Below are positions 11,018 to 22,300 of a stretch of DNA of 39,836 nucleotides, piece after piece; positions within the stretch are counted from its first letter, which is position 1, and each line of letters opens with the position of its first letter. Position numbers and translations under genes: made by a program. Source of the DNA: Phoronis australis (taxonomy: Eukaryota > Animalia > Phoronida); NCBI GenBank assembly GCA_002633005.1, contig NMRA01000343.1:335544-375379 (forward strand). Direction: 5' to 3'. The notes under the pieces are model-generated. The model was not told the origin of the DNA. It saw only the letters and a list, made by a program, of their open reading frames with translations, and did no database searches.

Positions 11018-14000
11018 GTAAGTATCAGTCTGAGTCATTCACAAAGTAAAAGGCCATAGAACGACGAGATTTATATGAAAACGTCAAATAGTTAAAAGGC
11101 ACATGTTTGTTCTTACTCATTGTTTAAACCCATATTCAACCAACAGAGAATAATTGGTTCTGGTCTGCACCCGATTCATATTGAACCCTGTGGTTTCATA
11201 GCTTTTTAAGGAAAAGAAGGAAGGCACCCACCCATTTCAGGTGGCATCAGGTAACGCTGGAAAAATGAAACCCTACCAATTTCAGCCGACGTCACGTGAC
11301 TTTTTATTTTCGAAAATATGCATGATGGTGAATGATCAAGTATTGGCTAAAACTAGTGAAGACTCTAGATGACAGATATTATGTTATAAGATTCAATTTC
11401 AGCTTGCAGAACAATTAAGGAAAAGCTTGTTGGGGGCTGGATGTTAAAATTTATTTTGTACGCCAGGTTTTGGTTCTGTCTTTATAAATTAAGGTGCTTC
11501 AGTATGTTTGGACTCTAGTAGGCCAACTGGAGTGGTGATTTCTTTTGGAACCCTGCCGGTCCCTCGTTGTATCCTGTCGAAACGAGTTTCGTGTATTTTT
11601 TCACTTTAGACTATTTGTTTACTTATTGGGAGTGTAGTAAATGGATTGTCTTTCGTATATAAGTTTCAAGAATGGTCTCATGAATTGAACCAAGCTGGTA
11701 TTCAGATTCGTCAACTATATCAAGTCTTGAATTGTACGCAAAAACAACTTAGTTATGTAAAAACATGTTGGACTGGTGTACTGCATTATGTTCGAGTGTT
11801 TGCTCGTTTCACTGGGTGTACACACTTCACAATAACGGCCATAGACATTGAAGATAGGATACATACAGTGAAATTGCCAGGGAAGAAAGAATTACAAACG
11901 CTGTAATGTAAAAAATTAGAAAATGAAATGCATTATGCCTTGGGATACCTTGTATAGGCCTATGAAGACATCCACCACAGATTTCACCCCCATAATATTA
12001 GAAAGTTAGCCTTGAGAGTGTTTTACGTATTTATTAATTCTCCAAACGATGACGATTTAAAACACGTGTAAACATTTATACTAGAAATGAAAAAGAAAAA
12101 AAAGACGATGTTAAGTGCCGTTTACACTACAAAAGTTGACACGGATCAGCTGACACGGAACGAGATGTTCCAGTGTGTAAACGGGACTGACACGGAGCAA
12201 ACTGACACCGCGTGACAACTTTTGCCACCGGTTTGTGAGGTGGGGCAACATCTTGCTCCGTGTCAATTATATGTTTAAACGCGAAACTGGGGCAAGGCGG
12301 AAAGGATCATCTATACTGCTCTTACATGTGCCTACTTATACGGGCTCTCTGTCTCTGCAACTCCCGCTATTTGAACTTGAACCTGCGCATGTGCATTCCA
12401 CTCTCCAGCGTACAACTTCCGTTTTGCCAAAGTTAATGAAATTGCGTGTGTAAACGGCCACTTGACACCGATCAAGTTGCTCCGTGTAAGTTGCGCTGGA
12501 TCAAAAGTTGATGGCTAAACGGGACTTTAGATAATCTTTAATTATGGTAATTGCCCTTGAACAATGCTATTCATTAATGTTGTAACGGGCCGGTGGCCTT
12601 TGTAAGACATAAACGTGGAGATGAAAAAACTAGAACAAAAAAACACCGCATAAATTTTCCAAAATACACAGACCAGAACCAATTATGTCATTTACCTTGA
12701 CTTCATCAGGTCGCCCCTGGTTGCCTTTTTGTAGGGCGAATTTCTCTTTACTTCCAGTGCATTTCAAGAAAAGCTCCAAGAGTCTTGTTTCGCATGGCGC
12801 ACAACTTGTCCAAAGAAAAAGAATGGGATCAAAATGGCTTCCCAGCCATAGTTTACAAGTCATTTCGTGAATGTGTAGAAGCCAGAAATCGCACACAGAC
12901 GGGTGACACTGCAGGTAAGACGTGTATCGCCTAAAGCTGCAACCTACAAGGCTAGCAGAAACCATGCTCTGAGTGTTTGGCCGCCGAACCAAAAACGCGC
13001 CAGAAATTCTAATATCAACTGAACTAAATATAATCTACTTACAGGTGCAGCGTATCTAGTTTCAGAAATAAAGACGATTATGCACCCTAATAAATTTAAC
13101 GTGCTTGTTATAAACTCTTAGTCATGAACTTTAAAAGCTATCTTTAAATGTGTTGTCTTGAATGTATTTGAAAACATTTAGGTTGGAATGTTTGAGGTAT
13201 TCCGTTTGAACTATTGTCGGTTTCTTAGGGAACTATTCAGCTACGTTATTATTTTTACTTTAACCTTGACCTTTTACAACTAAACATTTTTTTCTGGGCA
13301 TGAATCATCAGTTTGACCCAATTTTTTATGAATCAAAGCTCAGAAGTTAAAAATCACTAGCAACAGTGGTTTGACTTTTCTATGTTTAAACTTGTTTGAA
13401 TCCCTTTACAAAAGTACAGTACTTGCTTTACAATTGCAAAGACGGGCTTGGTTAAGGCGTCAGTATTGTAGGCCCAGTCAGACTAAAGACGCGTTCTCAC
13501 GTCGGTGGTTTCGGGTGTTTCATCTTCCTTCTTCTTTTGAGATTTTACTACAAATCGCGATTTCTTGCCGTTGTCTGCCAGGCATACAAAATCGAACAAG
13601 GCCATCTACTCTCATAAAATCGTGATAGGATTCCATTTCTGTAGTCAACCTCACTGACAGGCAATGCGAGCAAGCGCCTTTTTGAATTTGTGATCTTAAA
13701 GTTGGCCTACCTGGACAGCCTACCATCTAAACTCTGAAGCGTTTTCTTGAGTCGTTAATGGTTTCGATATTCTTGTTGGTAACTTGTCTTCAAGACAGCT
13801 ACATGTAAACAAGACAAAATGCTGTTATTTATCGAGTGAGGATTAGCTGACCAGCAGAGCGTGAGACTGTGAACGGGCTGCAGGTTCTGTTCCGTGTTAA
13901 GATTGATCTGATAAAATAATTTTAATGTTCGACACTTGGACTAGACAAAAATCATGCGTCGCAAGATCGTTTCCAGATATGAAAAGGAGACCAGAGTTCG

Positions 14001-17000
14001 GCGTAAACAAATCGTTTATCATGACTAGACTGTTGGTACGAAACAAAGTAAAATAGTTAAATAGTAATAACTAATATTATCATCGTAACATGAAGGAGCG
14101 AGAAAAACCCTTGATCAAAGAGAATTAAGAAAAAAATCCTTGATAAAGGGTGTAGTGGGGGAGAAAAAGTCAGAAAAAAATCGCACATTCGGATTGTAGG
14201 ATCAATGAATTATGCAATGAAACACGATGTAGTAAGAATAAAGAAATTCCTAAAGGCATGTGACAGTCATCAGCCCAGGAGAGCGACGCACTCAAGGCCC
14301 GTAGACGATACACCAGCATGGAGGCTGGTAGCAAATATTAACCTTCTCATAAGAAATTAGGGACCAGATGTGAAGAAAGGAGGCGTAGAGTAGGGAGACC
14401 CCACTTGCACTCATAAATATACTTAACGAGTGAAATACTATTTATGTTCACCACTTGGACTAGACAAATTATGTCTTGCAAACTCGTTTCAAGAGATGAA
14501 AACGAGCTGATCACAGGCTGGCGTAAAAAGGTCATTGATTATGACCAGACTAGTGGCAATGTAAGAGAATAGTTAAATAGTAGTAAACTAATAATATCTC
14601 TGAAAATATGAGGCATAAAAAACGCCACAAGAGATGATGAAAACAGCTCATGCCCATCCGAAGGGAATGCATGTGAAAGGAGAGGAAAATTGGGGCATGC
14701 GCAGAGCGATGTCTCTGACTTTAATTTGGAAATACTCGGACTTCCCGAAAACGAGTTTAGTGAGATAGATTTGATGCCATATGACGTCGTATGGAGGTCG
14801 CACGGTATTGTTTAACTTGGGCATAAGCGCGTCGCAAGGTAATAACCCCCATGGGACGCTACCATTGTTTTCCCAATTGTTGCATCTTTGTTGGACAGAA
14901 TATCGTACCTTGGTCGAACATCATCCGGTTACCGATAAACGTATGTCATTAGCTTTAGTTTCCCATAACACTTGTTACCGCCTGCAGTATCACCCTGTTA
15001 CCAAAGCATTCATGTTGTCATCCTTGAATCACACTGCAGTCATGCTCAGCCGTCACCTCAGGTACACGTACGTGACTCATGGGCGCCGCAGCATAGGAGG
15101 CTCAGTGCAGGGCGTATTTAGGGGGGCCCAGGGGGGCCATGGCCCCCCAAAAATTCTCCCAGGGGGCGAATGCACAATGCATAGGCCTTGAACAAACCCC
15201 TCTTTTTAGTAATAAAGTCCACAAGCCCAAAAATTCAGATCCCTGAATCCCTACATGGTAGCTGGCTGCATGGGCGCGCGCATGTGGCGACATTCTGGTG
15301 GCCCTGGCCCCCCAACTCAAAATCCTGGATCCGTCCCTGGGCTGGGTGGGCTATTGATCCCACTTATTTCAGTGCTGTGCCGCTCATGGATATTGGCGAC
15401 ACTTCATATAGGGGGCTGGGGGGCGCCGCCCATGGAGTGACTGCAAAGTACGGTAACCTTCCCATGGAAGTCAATACTAAATTTCCGTATGTCGACGTTA
15501 TTGTGGACACACCATAGCCACATGCAAATATATTTGCGAACGGTGACATTCTGATCGTACATAATCTGGAAAAGCTCCCACAAATTTTGAATAAAAACCA
15601 ATTGAGGTACGGAATACATGGAATGACTGGTTTGCGGAAATTCCCGGAACAATACGGAAGCAAGCGAAGCCACTACATTATCACATGGACAAAATATGGT
15701 ATCGAGTGACCGTGAGCCTACCGTGTATTCAGCTGCACCTCATAAACCCGTCCTTGTTTGCGATGGTTTTGGTCGACGTCAGTTTACCTCTGTCCTTTCT
15801 CTTTTCAGCACTCAACAAAGGCGAAGGTGCGTCAATTCTCCAAGAACGATAAATTTATGTTGAAAGATTTGATCTGAATATTTGGGATCTTCACACCGCC
15901 GGACCGCTACCAAAATCTTCCTGCTTCGTTTTGGGTGCATATTACCGTCATCCCTGTTTAAGCGGCCGGGTGTCCGTCGTCCTGTTACAGTGTACATCTC
16001 CTAACTTGGGTCCTAGCAGGATCATAGCGAGATTTGCAGATGTGCTCCCATGAAGCTGAAGACAGACGACGACGGGTTTCTGATCGATCCGACTACTGCT
16101 GTGCCCTCAATTTGCAATTTTATTTTTTCACGTTTGGTTCTCTATCTTTGGAGTTTCTGGTTTGATTTTCATGAGATTTAAAAAATTGGTTTCTATTAAT
16201 GAGACGATGACGCTTTTCTGTTTTCGAACAGATTTGGCGTATTCTGTTCCACCTGGTGGAAATTTAATTTTCTTTGGTACATTTTTGACATCCGCCTCTC
16301 TATCCGCCAAACTGCTCAAGGGATCACAATGCAAATTGGCAAATGTTTTCCTGATGAAAAGATAGTGACTAAGCTCGATTTTTGTGCGGGTTCAAATACT
16401 CTGACGCCCCCTATAGTAGCACTTTTTGGTTCCACAACTGTATCTCCTTAACCCTTCGGAAATTTGGTAGATATGTTCCGATGGACTCTGAAATGGTAAC
16501 GAATGACGAAGAATTTCAGACTAATCCGACTCACAGCTGTACCCGATGGTGACATTTTATTTTTTTACGTTTGCCTATGTGAAATTTGTTAAGCATGTTT
16601 TTATCTGCTATGGAGACAACCATGCCTTTCCATTTTCGACGTACGTATTCTGCATTGACCTATAATATCCAGCGGCGTCCACCTCTTTAGCCGTCAAACT
16701 GGTCAATGGATCATTATGAATCTTAGCAGTTTTGTTCCTGATGAGAAGATCGTTTCTGACGGCGATATCCGTACGGGTATGACAATTGTAGTGTTCCTGC
16801 TGTGCGTGAATTTGGAATCCTGCTTAATCTCAAGATAGCGTATGCAATCAGGTGAATTTTTTGTTCAGCGCAAAGAATTTTTGTAATTATTGGCCTCATG
16901 AACACCCATTCTCTCCTTTAGCGTAACTTGAGTCAAAGAATCGGAATATGTTCAGTCTTAAATCAATTATACTTTGGTGAATAAGATCGCCAATAGTTGA

Positions 17001-19304
17001 AAAGTACTGGTTAAAATTTACGTTATTTTATCAACATATTATTCGATTTAGTGCAATTCAAATTTTTATCAACGTGATCTTAATATTTGAGTGACATTGT
17101 CAAGTTTCCTCTTGCATTCCAAATTCACGCATACGCGATCTTGAGATTAAGCAATATTCCAAGTTCACGCACAGCATTCCCTGATGGTAATTTTTTTGTG
17201 ACCATGGCTGTAGCTCCCGATTCCTTTGCAGGATCTTAGTAAACGTTTGTAAATGTTTTCCTATGAACGTGACAATGAAAGCCAACGACTTTTTGAACGG
17301 CTCTGACTACCGATATGCACCCTAGTGACATTTGCCTCTGTATCCTTTAGCGGATTTTCATAAAGCTTGACAAATAGTTGTGTATTAGAGAGACGACACC
17401 TTCCCAATTTCAGACGGTTCGACGTGTTCCGCGCCATCTAATGGCCATTTTCAGGATACTAAAGCACCCCTACAAGTATATCGTTTGTGATGCAGTCGTA
17501 GGCGCAGTTCAAACTTCCGCTTATTACTTGTTATAAACTAATTGAAACATTTTATTCCTAAACATGCAGGTCTGTAATTTACAAAATTTTTAGTGAAACT
17601 TATTCTGTCTTCTTCAGGGTTGAAAACGGAGGGTGCAGAGTCTGCATCATCTGGCCGTTCGAACGCTGATAGCAACTAATCCCAGCATGCATTCCAGAAA
17701 TTGAATCAACTCCTGTATACTACCGGAGCCTTCTGCAGACAAACCCTGACGTACATTCGGAAAATAACATTTTTGGGGACCAAAAGACAAATTTAAATAT
17801 ATGCTTGGACGTATATTTGGAAGTGACGAGTATACGATCGGGCGTATCAAAAGTGGAAAATTTCCGGGACATTTTCGTCACTCATTAAAATCCGGATTTT
17901 TTAAATAAAATAAACTTTGCGGAAGAGAAATCTAAAGACATAATGTGAGAAAATGTGCTGAAGGTTGCAGCGCGGAGCCATTAATCAAAATTCGGGCTCA
18001 TACTGACATATTATGTCCATTTTGACACATTAATCCATGTTGTACCGTTATGCTCTGTTTTGTTCATTTTGTCCCGATATGTCCATTTTGTCCAATTATG
18101 TCCATTCGACACATTATGTCCATTTTGACCCATTATGTCCATTTCAGTGTAATTGTTCGAAATGGAATTAGCAGTTGTTGTAGATAAACTTTGCTACTTA
18201 CAAATTATCTTTAAGCGTATTATGAACAAGACATAAAGGTTGAAAAATGGAACTAACAGATAGACAAATTGAGTCAAAATAGACACGATGGGTCAAACTG
18301 GACATGACCGGTAGAACTGGACGTGATCGGTAAAACTGGACGTAATTGGATAAAAATGGACATAATGTGTCAAAATGGACATAAAGGGTCATAACATACA
18401 GATTTCAGTTATTGGCTTGTATTGAGACGTTGTTATTGAAGAAGGGGTCCGGAGTGAAGAGTATCTTCTCGCTAAGCCTCTTAGGGAAGATTCCAAGCTT
18501 AATCATGAAGTCGCATTTCCAGAACTCATGTAAATTGCTAGAAAAATTGGCGAATCCATTGCAAATTCAATTTACATATCAAAGCATCAAGTTCTTGGAT
18601 TCAACCAAACGGATTTTACCAAAATGTACTCATAAGGAGCCTCTGCGGAAGACTTTTCTTATATAAGCCCAGTGGGCGTATCTTAAGATGGGACTGCTTC
18701 CAAAAATCTCCGGTCTAGCTTATTTCTGAAATGAGCCACTGTTCGAACCAAACTGAATTAACGTTGTTTTTCCTGTCGACAGTTTGGGGCTTCGGATTCC
18801 TGTTTATGACCTTAGTCAACTTGTCGTCCATCACTGGAGTGGTCATTCTGCCGTTTACAAAGAGACCCTTCTTCAAATGGCTCCTTCAATTCCTAATTTC
18901 TCTCGCTGTGGGTACCCTCGCCGGCTGCGCTTTGCTTTTCCTTATACCTGACGTACGTATAACTGTTGTCATTTTTTACGTTGAATTGTTAATATTATCG
19001 AAAATGATCAGGGACTTTTTCATGCAACACCCCCAATTTGAGGACTAAGTCCCTATTTATTTTCCATTAACTCTGGGCTCAGTTTTTAGTAATATTATTA
19101 GAAAATATCACTAATCAAAGAGGAGCTCATAATAAAGATGAAATGATAGAAAAATATTGCATCTGTGAGTTGAAAAAGACACAAATACGCAAAAAGACTT
19201 AGGGACCTTAGTTGAGTCCCTGTTTGGGACTGCCATTCAACCAGGCACAGGATCCTGGCCATACCAAGAGCAAATGTCCCAAAGGCATTATCATCATCAT
19301 CATC

Positions 19305-19368
<64 letters not shown>

Positions 19369-22300
19369 TTCATCATCATCACCATCATCATCATTATTAT
19401 TAATATTGTCATTTAGTTCTTGGGAAATGTAACTGTGGAAAAATACGATAACACGTCAATTTCGTGGCGTGGGGGACATGTTGATGGTATGACGCCACTA
19501 AAATCCATCTCACTACCCCGAACACATGACAATAAAACACCAATGTCACCGTCCACTGCCACTGCCATCACAACGACCACTTTTCTCACCATTTCAACCA
19601 CCATAACAAGAAGCATTATCGCCAACACCACCATTAAAACCACCACGGCAATCACTATCGACCACAATCTCGACCGTGACGATGACGATGACGACGACGA
19701 CCACCACCACCCCAATCATCATCACCACAGACAGCGTCAGCACCACCAACAGCAACATCGTCATCAACACAACCACCACCATCACCAGCAACCCCGCTAT
19801 CATCGTCACCACCACCACCAGCACCATCATCACCACCACCACCACCACCACAATCACCACTCCACCACCATCACTACCCCCACCCACCACCACCGAAAGC
19901 ACCTTCATTTAAGACCACGCACACATCTATCTCGTGTTTGTACCTGTGTACGTCTACATGTCTGGTGTATAATCACTTTATGAACTTTAAACATGTCTCG
20001 CAGTCGTTTGCTATAACGGAACTCGACGTCAAGCAGGACTATGTATGGAAGTCAGCTGTAGTAATGGCTGGAATTTACGTCTTCTTCAATGTCGAAAGGC
20101 TGCTGAGGATGGGCATTCATCGTGCAAAAAACAAGGTGAAACATTTACGTCATGAGATTTTGTGATACTGTAGTTTCCATGCCAGTCTTTCAGGTGACTC
20201 ACACTTATGTGTAACTGACGTGCTATTTTGGGAAAGCAGAAAAGATACTGTTACACCAGCCTGTATTAAATTGAGATATTAGAATACTGTAGCATAGTGA
20301 CACGTTTTTAAAATTACAGCATGTAACAGTCAAATCTGTTCTACATATGTATGTACGTGTTTATCAATGTCTGTAAACGTTTGCGCAATAATTTATTACA
20401 GAACAAAGATGGCAACGACGAGGATGAAAAGGTAGGCGTGAAAACATTAGTTCTATGAAACTATATAAAAAACAAAGCGTTTTTAATTAGTCTTCTTTTT
20501 CGGTCCATTCAAATGTTTAGTACGCTATAACTTCGCTTTCAGGCGCCGTCGGACGTTAACTCTAGTCTATGAACACATCTCTGTGTTCATTTTGTCCCGA
20601 TATGTCCATTTTGTCCAATTATGTCCATTCGACACATTATGTCCATTTTGACCCATTATGTCCACTTCAGTATAATTGTTCGAAATGGAATTAGTAGTTG
20701 TTGTAGATAAACTCTCGCTTGTACATTATAAATACTTTTTATTGAGCAGCTATGAGAAATTGTATACACATCAACAACACCTGTTTGTAAAGTATAGGTC
20801 AAAGTTTTGCTCACGTCTATTTTGAAAAATGATTTCTTGAGTTTTACGCAAGTGTTCCGCATACAGGTGCACATACGTGTCTATTTGTGGGTGCAGATCG
20901 AGGCTCTGGGCTGCCCCTTTCCGGACGCGACAAAAAGTATCGGCGCTTTTGGGGTTCACGCAGACATTTTCCTTCTAAAATTATGATCCCCTTGTTGCAA
21001 CATGAAGTTGAGCCAGTCCCGTAGGATTCTTATCCCAAGAATACCCCTTGCTGATCATATTCTCATTTCTAAATCAGCGCATCCGCCAAACCATTTTATA
21101 CCAGACACAAGACTCGTGCAGCGCTCACACGGGAATTTATCCCACAATTCAACATTCCAACCTCACCGACCAATCACTTCAGTGACTGCCACTTTGCTGT
21201 TTGCGAGGATACGCCATCAAAGTCAGCCACAGACATGGGGTCTACTCGTAAAATAATTGCCTTTCTCTCGAGTGATTTTGTGTTGCTTAAGTGATCTTGC
21301 TTTTTCGCGAGTGCCTTGCGTCTATGCAACCCTGGCATAAGAGGGAGACGATGAGTAAATCAAGTACAGTCACCGAGAAGTTTTCGTTTTCGTTTGTTTT
21401 ATTTTAGATTGATGGACTCTTAGTGGACAATGCGAAGAATGAGGTAAGAAAAACTTATGAATATTCATGGTTGTATTGATCCATTCATTGGACAGTACTG
21501 AATGTGATAGTTTTCGAGTCTTGGAACATGCTCACATGTCGCTTTTAAGCCGCCAAAGCGTATATTTCGTATTAAAAGCAGGTCTTCGTGAAGGTAAAGA
21601 TATGAGGCGACTGACGAGTGATAAGTAGTCAAAATCGTGAAACGATCAATGCTTAAAATGTCTATAGGTTTCTGTTACTTACTGTCTTCTTATTACTTTC
21701 AACTCTAAATATGAGCGTATGTGAATGAAACAAGTTAAATTTGGAGATATACGCATAACCTCAGAAACCACTGAAATAAACAAACGAAATAGATGATTAA
21801 TGTTTCTGAAACGTGTACTTACGGTGTTATGGGCATGGCTTTGTCAGTGGCCTGTGCATGTTTAAGGCAACTTAAACGAGACTGTATGGTTCGCCTGCAG
21901 CCTTTTCACTGTTATACATATCTGAGATCATTTGGAGTTCCGTAACTGTTTTGAAGGAGGAGGAAGAGGAACCGGTTGAAAATGGTATCTCAAAGAAAGA
22001 CTCCATTACCAAGAAGAAACGAGAGATCAAGCCAGTAGCCTGGATGATCATCACAGGCGATACCCTCCACCGATGTGTTGATGGGATGTCGGTCGGCGCC
22101 GCCTTCTCTCTCAGTTTCTTCGCCGGTGTCAGCCTGGCCGTTGCCATTATGCTGGAAGAGTTCCCACACGGTCTAGGTAAGATGACAATCTGATGGTGGA
22201 CGTCTCCACCAAAACCTATCTCGACCTTGGTTGTCCTTATCCCGGAACGTTTCATCGCCATTCTGGAATGAATTGTTTGAAGTGTACTAAAACAGCCGAC

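Noticed and set aside
13440-13525. tRNA or tRNA-derived SINE (GGTTAAGGCG)
   Set aside because: No B-box and no cloverleaf.
19098-19912. Poly-Met, poly-Val, poly-Thr and short poly-His ORFs in other frames
   Set aside because: Automatic products of the CAT/CAC microsatellite; only the 19417 frame has compatible splice phase.
21901-21956. Alternative acceptor at 21900 for ZIP exon 8
   Set aside because: Phase-incompatible with exon 7 and gives an early stop; 21956 fits.
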